Virus record (IMG/VR): IMGVR_UViG_3300033064_003894
Coordinates: 64,001 to 128,000 of that record
Origin: a virus
DNA: 64,000 bases
Direction: 5' to 3' (one strand)
This document shows, piece by piece, positions 36,019-45,588 of the stretch; positions within the stretch are counted from its first letter, which is position 1; every line of letters begins with the position of its first letter. Position numbers and translations under genes: made by a program. The notes under the pieces are model-generated. The model was not told where the DNA came from and made no database searches. It saw nothing but the letters and a program-made list of their open reading frames with translations.

Positions 36019-36273
36019 CTAGGCGTATCCATGTTCCTTCATGGAAGCAAGTACGCCTTCTAGCGATTCGTCAATCATTTCGATCATCTCTTCAATGTCT
36101 TGATTGCAAAGATCAGAGTAAAGAACCCAAAGCGCTGAACCCTTAAGGTTGCTATCATGCAAAGTCTCAATCAGATCTTCTCTTTCGTGCCTTAAAAGTT
36201 GTGCTATTACTGTTATTGCACCAGGGTTACCAAGAGAGATGTCATAGAGCTCATTTTCCGAGTATCCACTCAC
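36019..36273 (-). CDS. hypothetical protein
   Basis: GNPGAITV..LKGSALWVLYSDLC pattern. Confidence 0.65.
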   Translation of the reverse strand: MSGYSENELYDISLGNPGAITVIAQLLRHEREDLIETLHDSNLKGSALWVLYSDLCNQDIEEMIEMIDESLEGVLASMKEHGYA

Positions 36274-37049
36274 TGAGGCCCGAATCGCTCGATTCCAATA
36301 CCGGCGTTGTAATCTACAGACTGTATTGAGTAGCTATCTACGTACGATTGGCTCAAGAACGTAACCCCTGTTGGATCCCAAGTAACATTCTCTCCTCGTG
36401 CCCTAGCAATGCTGGTGAGTTGTGCGTATACGACATTACGTGATGATCCTATCATGATTCTAACACGGTACTCATTATCCATTACGCTAATCTTAATGAA
36501 GTCACGTCCGCCTCCAGCAGCGACTCCTGACGGTTCATCAGTAAGGTAGAATCGAATTCCACAGTTGTATGGTGCCATGCTTGGTGCAGACATGAACGAT
36601 ACAGAAGAAGGATCTTCATTAATTAAAGAACCGTGCTCAGAGATTTTAGTGTCTTCGCATGAAGTGTCATACGTTATATCCATTCGAATCTTCCAGATGT
36701 TTGAATCGTATGCCTGGAATGTGGCAGTTCGACCGAAGGCGTTTCCTTTGATTTTTCCTTTGAGCTCTGCCTTGCTCTCGACGTAAGCGTTCACTAGAAT
36801 AACGTTCTGCTCAGCCTTCCAAGCACCATCTTTTCCTTCAGGAACAATAACGATGATTGAATCACCGCCAAGAGTCTGTTTGTCTTTTGTTACGGCAGAC
36901 CACGTGATCTTGTACGTGCCAGCCTTTTTCGGATCTCCATGTATGGCGGTAGTTGCTCCACCCAACGTTTTGTCTTTTTCTTGTGCTGTCGCCTGAGACG
37001 AGAACATCGTCGCGGCAAAGGTAAGAAGTAAGAAGTAGTACTTTTTCAT
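36270..37049 (-). CDS. secreted/periplasmic protein
   Basis: Signal peptide MKKYYFLLLTFAATMFSSQATA-Q. Confidence 0.7.
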   Translation of the reverse strand: MKKYYFLLLTFAATMFSSQATAQEKDKTLGGATTAIHGDPKKAGTYKITWSAVTKDKQTLGGDSIIVIVPEGKDGAWKAEQNVILVNAYVESKAELKGKIKGNAFGRTATFQAYDSNIWKIRMDITYDTSCEDTKISEHGSLINEDPSSVSFMSAPSMAPYNCGIRFYLTDEPSGVAAGGGRDFIKISVMDNEYRVRIMIGSSRNVVYAQLTSIARARGENVTWDPTGVTFLSQSYVDSYSIQSVDYNAGIGIERFGPQ

Positions 37050-37108
37050 GTGGTTTCCCTATGGTTACGTAAAGCGAAATGCCTTACGTGTTCATCTAAA
37101 AGATGAAG

Positions 37109-37185
37109 TGGCTCCACGGATCGGACTCGAACCGACGACCATCTGATTAACAGTCAGACGCTCTGACCAACTGAGCTACCGTGGA
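37109..37185 (-). tRNA. tRNA-Asn(GTT)
   Basis: TCTGA-CT GTT AA-TCAGA; CCA. Confidence 0.93.
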
Positions 37186-37230
37186 AATTCCATCTACGTA
37201 TTTATTCCATAAAAATCATAAAAATATAAT

Positions 37231-37307
37231 TGGTAGGCGTTGAGGGACTCGAACCCACGACATCCTCCATGTAAAGGAGGTACTCTAACCGACTGAGCTA
37301 AACGCCT
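37231..37307 (-). tRNA. tRNA-Val(TAC)
   Basis: CCTCC-TT TAC AT-GGAGG; CCA. Confidence 0.92.
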
Positions 37308-37337
37308 AATGTTATTTCTTTTTTTTACTTTCTTTTT

Positions 37338-37760
37338 TTATTTATTAGTCGAATTTATCATTTCCATTACACTGAAACTTCCATGTCTTGTTATTTTGTC
37401 TTCCGGAACTCTATGATAACTACCGACATATAGAGAATATGATGCGGAAGAGTTACAAGAAGAATAGAAATACTTACCAAGGCAGTCTTTCTTTTGATCT
37501 ATTCTGCGCTGCATTTGGTTAGGAAGTATAATACAAAAAGAGCTAAATTGCTCTAAGTTTTTCCTTATAAATATCTCTGGACTGTATGTACAACAAAATC
37601 CATCAAACTCGACACCTTCAACGTCAACAGGCTCAGTTCCTAATGTAAATACCTTGACTGAACTGCTCCTGCACGAAGACAAGTCTTTAATGAACTTATT
37701 TTCGACAGACACTAAAGGAGTGAAGAGTACAAACGAATGTATAACTATAGCTGTCTTCAT
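37338..37760 (-). CDS. hypothetical protein
   Basis: 140-aa ORF with TGGTATAAG just upstream. Confidence 0.5.
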   Translation of the reverse strand: MKTAIVIHSFVLFTPLVSVENKFIKDLSSCRSSSVKVFTLGTEPVDVEGVEFDGFCCTYSPEIFIRKNLEQFSSFCIILPNQMQRRIDQKKDCLGKYFYSSCNSSASYSLYVGSYHRVPEDKITRHGSFSVMEMINSTNK

Positions 37761-37783
37761 ATGGTCTTATACCAAGCATTCAG

Positions 37784-39169
37784 TTAGTTTTCAAAGCCGA
37801 CAAAAGACGGTTGCCAGAAATTCCCCTTATCTTTGAATGCTTTAACTGCGGACAAGTAGGCTGATTTGCCTATATATTTATTCTTATTTTTAAAGATTTC
37901 TTCTCTTTGAGATCTTGAGAATCCAGTACCAACACGACCGATGACCTCTCCATCTGGAGACAAAGAGTATTCTAAAGATCCCATACTTCCTTTTGGTTTC
38001 CCATGCTTATCGATCTCCTCAATAATACCCCTAACATACACAGGGTACTCATCTCTAAACTTAAGCTTCATAGGAGTCTTCTTTCCTTCCTCATGCACTA
38101 TAATGCCCTCATGAGTTTGCCCATGTTGTTTATTTTTAATAGAAGAGTACAGAGCCCTCTTTTGCTCTTCTGTGTATGCGAATTCAGGAAGCTCTAATTG
38201 TGGCATTTTCTTCACTAGATCTTGAAGTATCGCAATCCTTCCCTTAAAGCTAGAGGCTAATGCTCCGCCGTCCATATTATAAACATCAAATGGAGACATC
38301 TTTAGTGATCCAAGTTCTTGCTGCTTAGACCGGCTCTTCATTACGCTGGAGTTTAGAATCCCGCCTATTTGATGTAGCTCTAGCGGAGCACCTTTTTTGT
38401 CTTTACCCCAAATCTCTCCACGTACGATCATCTTCTTTACATCTTTAGGTACCTTAGTCCTATAAAGATCTTCAAGCTTATGTGTATGTTCAATCAGTCC
38501 AGACTTAGCCCTTGCAGGATCTCTATATGAGAAAAGCCTTGGATGCTTACCAGGGTCAAGCACCATTAAATTGTGCGCGCCGTCAATTTTAGAAGAAAAA
38601 ATCTGCCTTGGATTGTTAAATTCAACATCATCTATAAGTTTATATTTTGGCTTTACATTAGAAATATTATATTTATCTTTAGTTGGAGTAATGTTTTTCA
38701 GGTACCACCCCTTATCATATCTCTTATCTTTTACTAGTATGAATTCTTCTGGGTACTTTTCATTATAAAGATTGAATCGTATATGGTTATCACCTGATCT
38801 TAAAATCTCAACATCAGAATCTATGACCTTCTTAATCTTTTCTCCGTCCCTTGTCTTTCCGTAAGTTGACCGTATTTCTCCTTCATAATTCATATATTCT
38901 TTTGTATGCGTTGGTTGCCTGAATACAATAATTCCAGGATCTCCAGGCTTCGGCATTTCTTTTTTAGTTGCCCAGCTGTGAGCAACGCCTGTATCAGGGT
39001 CTAACAGTCTAAGATCATAGTGGTCTCCAGCTCTTTTGGCTGGGTGTTTTTGTAATACAAACCGTGACATTTTAGGTATATCTGTCACGGAGACAGGGTC
39101 AAAATTTTTCCTGTCAGGAAGACCAGGAATGTCAGCATACTTAAACAAGTAGTCACCAAGCCTTGACAC
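37784..39169 (-). CDS. LigD 3'-phosphoesterase domain fused to ATP-dependent DNA ligase
   Basis: PE: FVLQKH.A.RAGDHYDLRL..SWA; ligase: KIDG, RGEIW, FDV, EGIIV, KLKF, GRVGTGFS. Confidence 0.88.
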   Translation of the reverse strand: MSRLGDYLFKYADIPGLPDRKNFDPVSVTDIPKMSRFVLQKHPAKRAGDHYDLRLLDPDTGVAHSWATKKEMPKPGDPGIIVFRQPTHTKEYMNYEGEIRSTYGKTRDGEKIKKVIDSDVEILRSGDNHIRFNLYNEKYPEEFILVKDKRYDKGWYLKNITPTKDKYNISNVKPKYKLIDDVEFNNPRQIFSSKIDGAHNLMVLDPGKHPRLFSYRDPARAKSGLIEHTHKLEDLYRTKVPKDVKKMIVRGEIWGKDKKGAPLELHQIGGILNSSVMKSRSKQQELGSLKMSPFDVYNMDGGALASSFKGRIAILQDLVKKMPQLELPEFAYTEEQKRALYSSIKNKQHGQTHEGIIVHEEGKKTPMKLKFRDEYPVYVRGIIEEIDKHGKPKGSMGSLEYSLSPDGEVIGRVGTGFSRSQREEIFKNKNKYIGKSAYLSAVKAFKDKGNFWQPSFVGFEN

Positions 39170-39205
39170 TTATGCATTTTATCATAAAAACCATAAAAAA
39201 ATAAT

Positions 39206-39565
39206 CTACAAGGAGGATATGACTAATGCAGTACAATCGCTTACATGCTCATATCCAGAGATTCCTCCTTCTTCAACTATTAAGATAAACGAATTATCGG
39301 AAGCAATCTTTTTCAACGCCTTTTTATATGATTCAGTGGCTTCTTTCATAAGCTGCTGCCATCTAGCTGTCCCCTCGACAATACCTTCTTTCTTTATAGT
39401 TTTATATGCTGGTATTTCTTCATAGATATCCTTAGATCTTATTGTGCCAACCTTATGGGCTTTACTTGCATCAAATGAGGAGGCGTCTCCATATCTAATT
39501 TCAGCGCGATCTAAGGTTACTCCGTCTTGTGGAGAAATTAAGGCAAGTAGTAGTATAGGTATCAT
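39206..39565 (-). CDS. exported OmpH/Skp-like small protein
   Basis: Short signal peptide; GTIRSKDIYEEIPAY..ALKKIASDNSFILIV..DCTALVISSL resembles OmpH ends. Confidence 0.5.
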   Translation of the reverse strand: MIPILLLALISPQDGVTLDRAEIRYGDASSFDASKAHKVGTIRSKDIYEEIPAYKTIKKEGIVEGTARWQQLMKEATESYKKALKKIASDNSFILIVEEGGISGYEHVSDCTALVISSL

Positions 39566-39578
39566 CTTGTATTATTAA

Positions 39579-39654
39579 TGGTGGAGACGATGGGACTCAA
39601 ACCCATAACTTCTACCTTGCAAAGATAGCACTCTATCAATTGAGTTACGTCCCC
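39579..39654 (-). tRNA. tRNA-Ala(TGC)
   Basis: TT TGC AA loop, G3:U70 pair, CCA. Confidence 0.88.
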
Positions 39655-39657
39655 AAG

Positions 39658-39735
39658 TGGTCTCCGCAGCAGGATTCGAACCTGCGGTCCTCTGCTACCC
39701 AAGAGCAGCGCTCTACCATGCTGAGCTATGCGGAG
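39658..39735 (-). tRNA. tRNA-Pro(TGG)
   Basis: CTGCT-CT TGG GT-AGCAG; CCA. Confidence 0.92.
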
Positions 39736-39742
39736 ATTAAAG

Positions 39743-39818
39743 TGGAGTGGCCGAAGAGACTCGAACTCTCGACATTCTCCTTGGAAGGGAGAAGCTCTAC
39801 CAACTGAGCTACGGCCAC
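39743..39818 (-). tRNA. tRNA-Gly(TCC)
   Basis: TCTCC-CT TCC AA-GGAGA; U73; CCA. Confidence 0.93.
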
Positions 39819-39838
39819 ATTGCAATTATAGCATAAAC

Positions 39839-40453
39839 TTATTTATCATACTTCTTTTTTAATCTTTCTAGCGTTTCAAGATCTCTATTTCTAGCTCGCT
39901 CTTTTGCTAATTTAGAGCTCTTTTTATTATTCTCTATTTTCTTTCTGTTTGACTCTAATCGTTTCTCGAAATCTTCGTCCGATTCTTCCACTACTCCGCA
40001 GATAGTAACTACGGATTTAAAGGTCAAAAAGTCGTTTTCTTCATAATATTTGTTCCGCTCTAAGCTAGATCTAATAGTTATAGTCGGAGTTATACCCTCT
40101 TTCTCTAACATCTCGATAGTCTGTTTGAGTATTATTTTAACATTATCTTTTGTAGAGGAAGAGTAATATCTTGACAATAAAGTTAATGAAGTGACTTCCA
40201 TAGTCGAACAAAACGCTTCTTTTAAAAAACGACTAAAGGGTTTTTCGTTTATCAATAAATCCTTGCTTATCTCGACATCTTCTCCTTTAAATTCCTCATC
40301 AAGACGTGAATCTAGTATAGTATATACTGAAAAATATCTGACACGTCCCTTAGAATCAGTAGTTGAATCATCAATCCTTCTACTTAGATAGTGTCTAAAT
40401 TTTTTATTAAGCTCTTTACTGTCTTGCTTTTCCATTGGTCCTCTCTGTTGCAT
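39839..40453 (-). CDS. hypothetical protein
   Basis: EESDEDFEKRL followed by a basic coiled coil. Confidence 0.6.
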   Translation of the reverse strand: MQQRGPMEKQDSKELNKKFRHYLSRRIDDSTTDSKGRVRYFSVYTILDSRLDEEFKGEDVEISKDLLINEKPFSRFLKEAFCSTMEVTSLTLLSRYYSSSTKDNVKIILKQTIEMLEKEGITPTITIRSSLERNKYYEENDFLTFKSVVTICGVVEESDEDFEKRLESNRKKIENNKKSSKLAKERARNRDLETLERLKKKYDK

Positions 40454-40463
40454 AATGGTTACA

Positions 40464-40649
40464 CTATCTTATATCTTCTTCTACTATGTAAAAATATATC
40501 TTACCGTCTTTTGTGAACACTGGAACTTCTTCTTCAGATTCCTGCCACATTTTAATATAATCTTCAGCCTTTCCCCTAGATAGGAATGATCGCATATAGT
40601 CATGTTTTCCAGGACTCTGCTCACTAAATACAACAAATATTTTAACCAT
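40464..40649 (-). CDS. hypothetical protein
   Basis: 61-aa ORF, KIFVV..FLSRGKAEDYI pattern. Confidence 0.55.
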   Translation of the reverse strand: MVKIFVVFSEQSPGKHDYMRSFLSRGKAEDYIKMWQESEEEVPVFTKDGKIYFYIVEEDIR

Positions 40650-41136
40650 TTAGTCCTGACTTCAGCCTCTCAACTTCCTCAAGAGCGTCTTTTGATTGCT
40701 GAAGAAGGCGTTTGATTTTAGATTTATTATGCGACAAAAACAGGTTTTTCTTTTTAATCTCTATATCATTTTTTAACTGTTCTTCTTTTTCGGTCTCCTC
40801 ACGTTCTGCCTTCATTACAACACTAATACAGACTATGGGTTTGTAATCATAATCGAAAGAAACTTCAATGTGTAAATATGATGTAATATACGAATCCTTA
40901 TTCTCTACAGCAAAGGACTTAATCCTCTTATTGGCAATAAGGCATTCTCTGTCAGTACATTTGGTCCCAACCATTCTTGCATTACTTTTAAGAAATTCAG
41001 AAATCTTATCAAATAAGACCTCTTTACTGATTCCGCGATCATCCAGTGCAAAATCAAGTTCAGCGCCTGCGAGTGCATTATAAGGACTAAATTCTTTAAC
41101 AAGGTAGCTGTTAAACTTTATCACTTTATTTTTCAT
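40642..41136 (-). CDS. hypothetical protein
   Basis: REETEKEE followed by a coiled coil. Confidence 0.55.
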   Translation of the reverse strand: MKNKVIKFNSYLVKEFSPYNALAGAELDFALDDRGISKEVLFDKISEFLKSNARMVGTKCTDRECLIANKRIKSFAVENKDSYITSYLHIEVSFDYDYKPIVCISVVMKAEREETEKEEQLKNDIEIKKKNLFLSHNKSKIKRLLQQSKDALEEVERLKSGLNG

Positions 41137-41259
41137 GCCTTTTCCACATACTTCTTTTCTAACATAGAGATCTTGGATGTTTTTGAAATAGAAAAGTCGA
41201 CTTCATAACTGAATACAAAAACCTGTAATATCCTTCTGATAGTCCCTCTAGAATCTTCA

Positions 41260-41901
41260 TCATTGATTACGCATTCGTCTCGCATCTTCTTTCTCCTTCT
41301 CTGTTGTTTTTATTTTTTCAAGAGCCACAGACAAAGCGTCAACGGCTCTAGGAGTTCTTAGTAGTTGAGCCATATCAACACCGGTTGATTTTAGCTCTTC
41401 TCCATATTTCGATGCATGGCAATTTATTCCTCCTTGAAGTTTGAATCGATAATCAATCCACCCCATATACCAGAACCAGTCTGTGTAATACAAGAAGGAG
41501 TCCTCATTAAAAGCTCTCACGTGTGTAGGATCTCTCCACGCATTTATAGATAGATCATATGGGACAGTGATTTTCATAACTCCGCCAACTTTAAGCAAAG
41601 ACAGGCAATTAGTCATAGCCGTAACCAAATCTGGTATATGCTCAAGCACGTCTTCAGCAAGAATCTCTTCATAAAATCCAACGCCGAGAGTCCCCGCATA
41701 ATAATCCACTTTTTCATCACAGTTACCTATCATTTCGAAAAACTCTTTATAGACCAAATCTTCTATTGAGATATCCGCAACAAGATCAGGATTTGTTCCT
41801 TCATCTATATCTATATTTAAATATCCAGGTAGTTTACTTTTGCCGCTTCCAATGTTAATCTTATTTGGAGCGCCTTCTTTGCCGAGACGGATGTGGCTCA
41901 T
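41260..41901 (-). CDS. SAM methyltransferase (type 11-like)
   Basis: INIGSG..GYLNID, DVLEHI, LLKVGG, AWRDPTH. Confidence 0.85.
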   Translation of the reverse strand: MSHIRLGKEGAPNKINIGSGKSKLPGYLNIDIDEGTNPDLVADISIEDLVYKEFFEMIGNCDEKVDYYAGTLGVGFYEEILAEDVLEHIPDLVTAMTNCLSLLKVGGVMKITVPYDLSINAWRDPTHVRAFNEDSFLYYTDWFWYMGWIDYRFKLQGGINCHASKYGEELKSTGVDMAQLLRTPRAVDALSVALEKIKTTEKEKEDARRMRNQ

Positions 41902-42900
41902 TTATTTGACTACCAACGCGAGAGTTTTGTCGTAAATCTCTTTATACAAATCCTTATTGTCTTTAAGAAGCTGAATGGTTTTAGGTCTTCCCTGTCCAAG
42001 CTTTATTTCTTCTTCTCCTTTGATATAGTATATCCAAGCGCCTCTTATATCTATTACGCCTACAGAGCTTGCGTTATCTAAAAGATCCGACTCAACTGAA
42101 AAACCAGATGCGAAGTCGAGAATCGCCACAGTTTCAAGATATGGAGTAGACGTCTTATTCTTAATATTCTTTATTTTTACCTTAATTCCTACCGGAATTG
42201 CGTTTTCCAGAATTGTCTCAACCTTAGTAGTTTTGATTCTTACAGAAGAATAGAATCTAAGTGCTCTTCCTCCAGGAGTAACCTCGCTTGGACCGAACGG
42301 ATTCATTGTCTCCCTTACTTGATTTATAAAAATAACAGAAGCATTTGAGTCGCTAAGCTTTGGGACCATCTTTCTTATTATCTGACCCATTAGCCTAGCA
42401 GCTAGGCCCATATGGGCATCTCCAATATCTCCCTCAATCTCCGCTCGTGGGACCAATGACGGCACGCTATCAATGACGATAAGTCCTATATCCTTATGCC
42501 CAAGCATAGCTTCTGCGATCTCTCCTGCCTCCTCACCTGAGTGAGGCCTAGAAAAGACAAAGAGTGGATCGTCAATGGACAATCCAAAGGCATTAAGATA
42601 AGAGACGTTTAGCCCATGCTCTGCATCTATATAGCAAACATGTTCACCGGCCGATGTTACAGCTTTAGCGAACTGAAGAGCTAGACCTGTTTTTCCGCTA
42701 GATTCGTTTCCGAACAGTTCAATAATCTTTCTCTTCGGTAGTCCGTTGCCGCCAAAGATTTTATCTATAGAGATAAGCCCAGAAGAAACACGTTCACAGT
42801 CTTCTGTTGACCAGTCAAAGTGGTTTTTTCCATACTGCTTTTTAAGCTCTTCTATTGTTGCAGTTATAGGTTTGTCTTTCATTGACCTTAAAGTGTACAC
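41902..42900 (-). CDS. recA: RecA recombinase
   Basis: GNESSGKT, YIDAEH, VIDSV, ARLMGQ, IFINQVR, TPGGRALRFYSSVR, KNKTSTP. Confidence 0.97.
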   Translation of the reverse strand: MYTLRSMKDKPITATIEELKKQYGKNHFDWSTEDCERVSSGLISIDKIFGGNGLPKRKIIELFGNESSGKTGLALQFAKAVTSAGEHVCYIDAEHGLNVSYLNAFGLSIDDPLFVFSRPHSGEEAGEIAEAMLGHKDIGLIVIDSVPSLVPRAEIEGDIGDAHMGLAARLMGQIIRKMVPKLSDSNASVIFINQVRETMNPFGPSEVTPGGRALRFYSSVRIKTTKVETILENAIPVGIKVKIKNIKNKTSTPYLETVAILDFASGFSVESDLLDNASSVGVIDIRGAWIYYIKGEEEIKLGQGRPKTIQLLKDNKDLYKEIYDKTLALVVK

Positions 42901-42921
42901 ATGCAGAGATATTAAAACAAC

Positions 42922-42954
42922 AAAAAAAAAGTCACAAGTGGGGTTCTTGTGACT
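42922..42954 (-). terminator. intrinsic terminator
   Basis: AGTCACAAG/CTTGTGACT hairpin with a U-tract on the minus strand. Confidence 0.75.
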
Positions 42955-42969
42955 TGTCGCTCAGGCGAC

Positions 42970-43821
42970 TTAGATTCTGTCTAGAACCTTCTTAATCAAT
43001 TCAGGATTGGTAAGATTGGTCTTAGGCTGAGGGAGCTCTTTGAGACCATCGAAACCAGTTATCCCGTAATGTATGTGATCACACCCGTTGCCGTCTGTTC
43101 CGAAGCACGTACTCTTGTCCTTTCCAGCGGAAAGAACATTGAACAGGATGCTGTTGTTGATTGGAGAGAAAGGGGCGTCAACACTCTTTTTCACTGCATC
43201 GAGAATCATGTCGTACATCTCACCCTTGTCAGTGTACTTAGAACTCCTTATGATCCTCCTTGCGAACTTGGGGATAGAACGCTTGGAGACGTACGTCTTG
43301 AAAGCGAACTCGCCCTCAATTGCCCAATCTGGCCCATCAACATTGTCGGATTTACGACATATGAAGTGACAGATGACAATTTCTTCGTTTGTCCTCGCCC
43401 AAAGGGAACATCTTTTTCCCTCTGTTCTGAGAAGAGTTTCATGATTAGGAGATGACCCAATAATCGGATCTCCCCTCATGTCGCAGACAACGTAAGTTTT
43501 GGTTGAATCAACGTCAACCTCTTGCGCTTCGGGGACGCGAATCGCAAGACTAACTCCTTGAACATGTTCGAAGAAAGAGCAGACCTCGTCTCTCGAAAAG
43601 ACAGGATCTCCTCCATAGCCCCTCGCTGGCCCAAAGATTTTCTTTGCCTCGATGCTAAGCAGACTGTCGCGTTTCAGCTTCTTCCCGAGCCTGACGAAGG
43701 ACGGGAACGACCCCTCAAGCTCTTCTGCTGAATCCCTAGGGAACTGAAGCTCAACAACTGGTATTTTGTATAAGACGTTTTCTGAATGCGCAGGGGAATC
43801 AAGATGATGTTTCTTAACCAT
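42970..43821 (-). CDS. hypothetical protein
   Basis: 283-aa ORF with own GGTATAA promoter and terminator; higher GC than neighbours. Confidence 0.65.
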   Translation of the reverse strand: MVKKHHLDSPAHSENVLYKIPVVELQFPRDSAEELEGSFPSFVRLGKKLKRDSLLSIEAKKIFGPARGYGGDPVFSRDEVCSFFEHVQGVSLAIRVPEAQEVDVDSTKTYVVCDMRGDPIIGSSPNHETLLRTEGKRCSLWARTNEEIVICHFICRKSDNVDGPDWAIEGEFAFKTYVSKRSIPKFARRIIRSSKYTDKGEMYDMILDAVKKSVDAPFSPINNSILFNVLSAGKDKSTCFGTDGNGCDHIHYGITGFDGLKELPQPKTNLTNPELIKKVLDRI

Positions 43822-43896
43822 TAGCCCAATGTTTTACAGATAGAGCGAAATTACTCCTTCTGTAAAGATTTATACCTTTTTTTACATAAAAATTAG

Positions 43897-44760
43897 TTGT
43901 TTGTTATATTTGGCATTCATGATAAAATAAATGCGATGTCATCTTCGTTTATTGCCGTATCGGCCGATGGTATTGTAAACTCTTTTCTGAGAGATCAAGG
44001 TTCATTATATGACCTTACAAGATCAGCCGCATTAGAGAACAGCCTTACACCAGATGAAATAGAACACCTTTCACAGGCTGTGAACAGAGAGGCTCAAGTC
44101 AGAATTTATGCAGAGAAAGGACCTTCTGGAGTATATGACTTTGAATTGGTTAAGGCCGCAGACGTTGTTAAGTCTCTCAATGAAGAGTACCCAGACGCAT
44201 TCTTTGTAAAGACCGCCAGCAAGCCAGACAACGGAGTATATGGAGAGGTCAAGTTCGTTGGAGAGACTGAAAGTGTCTTTGCATATGAAAAAGAGAAATA
44301 TTTGAGAATCGGACTTTCTAGGCTTAAAAACGTTGAAGAGGATTATCAGTTTGAGATTAACAAGATTGCTGGTGAAGTTGAAGACCTGTATCTTAAGATT
44401 AAGTCTCAAGTAAAGAATGCTCTGATTGACGACCCAAAGGGGTGCTCTGATTTGCTTAAGCAGGCTAATGAGATGGTGGGAGACGAGGGTGTTGAAATAA
44501 TTTCTATGATAATTAAAGAGATTTCAGAATCAGACCCATACTTTAGCGCGATGCTCCCATCATCTATGATAGTAGACGGGAATCCTCTTGAATATGACAG
44601 GCTGGAAGGATCAGACGGTATTGTAAAGGGTCTTAATACTTTAGTAAGGCAGCATGATGGATTTGACTATCAGGGCGGCAACTTAATGAAAATACGAGAG
44701 CATATTAGGTATGTAGAAGAGGAGATTATAAGCGATATGAGTCAGGAGAAAATTGTTTGA
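43897..44760 (+). CDS. putative head protein; likely start ATG 43931 region or 43936
   Basis: First gene of the head module; K-x-A motifs (VKTAS, NKIAG, LKQAN). Confidence 0.6.
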   Translation: MFVIFGIHDKINAMSSSFIAVSADGIVNSFLRDQGSLYDLTRSAALENSLTPDEIEHLSQAVNREAQVRIYAEKGPSGVYDFELVKAADVVKSLNEEYPDAFFVKTASKPDNGVYGEVKFVGETESVFAYEKEKYLRIGLSRLKNVEEDYQFEINKIAGEVEDLYLKIKSQVKNALIDDPKGCSDLLKQANEMVGDEGVEIISMIIKEISESDPYFSAMLPSSMIVDGNPLEYDRLEGSDGIVKGLNTLVRQHDGFDYQGGNLMKIREHIRYVEEEIISDMSQEKIV

Positions 44761-45050
44761 GTAGATCGGCATTGATTAGAGATGCGATGCATAAGTCTGC
44801 GTCTTGTCAAATGATAAAGATGGGGCTAGATCCTGCGGCAATGCCAAAGCCTGTACCTGTAGGAACAAAGATAGTTAGAGATACTCTAAAGATGGGATGG
44901 GGTGGTGTGAAAGGAATAGGAAAAGCTCTACCAGGTTTTGGTAAGGCTTCACTCAAGGGATTTATGTCGCCGGTATGGGCTCCAATAGCATCAGGAGCCT
45001 TTACGCTTGGGAAAGGAGTTTTGGGCGCAAAGAGAACAAAGTATTACTAA
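44757..45050 (+). CDS. Gly/Lys-rich putative internal virion protein
   Basis: HKSAS motif then amphipathic Gly-rich segment. Confidence 0.5.
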   Translation: MSRSALIRDAMHKSASCQMIKMGLDPAAMPKPVPVGTKIVRDTLKMGWGGVKGIGKALPGFGKASLKGFMSPVWAPIASGAFTLGKGVLGAKRTKYY

Positions 45051-45549
45051 AATGAATAAAACTGCAATACAACTTCGTAAGATACTGCATGAGGTGGCCC
45101 CAGCAATCGGCATACTTGGTACGGCAGCCCTAGTGTTTGATGGAATAGTTAGGCCAATGATAGATAAAAATAAGATGCGTGCAGAGCACTCATCTGCACT
45201 GAACATGATTAAGAAGAGCTATCCAGAGGAGAAGCATGAATTTGTTGATGCTGTTTTTGATATGATATCGAGGGCTACTCCAACTATTGCTGGTAATTAT
45301 TTGATAGCCAAGACGCTTGTTGACCAACAAATGTCTCATATGGAGGCAATCTCTGGGTCTCACCCTGCTGGCGCCCAAATAAGCATACCCACGATATCTG
45401 AGGCGATAAACATGGAGAAGAGTACTGTTCAGAGTAACAGCTCATTAAGGCCAAGACCTGAGGGTATTGCAAAGAACATTCTTAGCTTAGCTATGCTTGG
45501 CAAGACGGTTGGTGGAGATGAATTCTTTGGAGGAAGGCAGGGCATTTAA
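45007..45549 (+). CDS. putative virion protein; likely start ATG 45052
   Basis: MNKTA N-terminus, hydrophobic segment. Confidence 0.55.
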   Translation: MGKEFWAQREQSITKMNKTAIQLRKILHEVAPAIGILGTAALVFDGIVRPMIDKNKMRAEHSSALNMIKKSYPEEKHEFVDAVFDMISRATPTIAGNYLIAKTLVDQQMSHMEAISGSHPAGAQISIPTISEAINMEKSTVQSNSSLRPRPEGIAKNILSLAMLGKTVGGDEFFGGRQGI

Positions 45550-45588
45550 AGAAAACACACATTAGTCCTCCATGTACCATACGATCAT

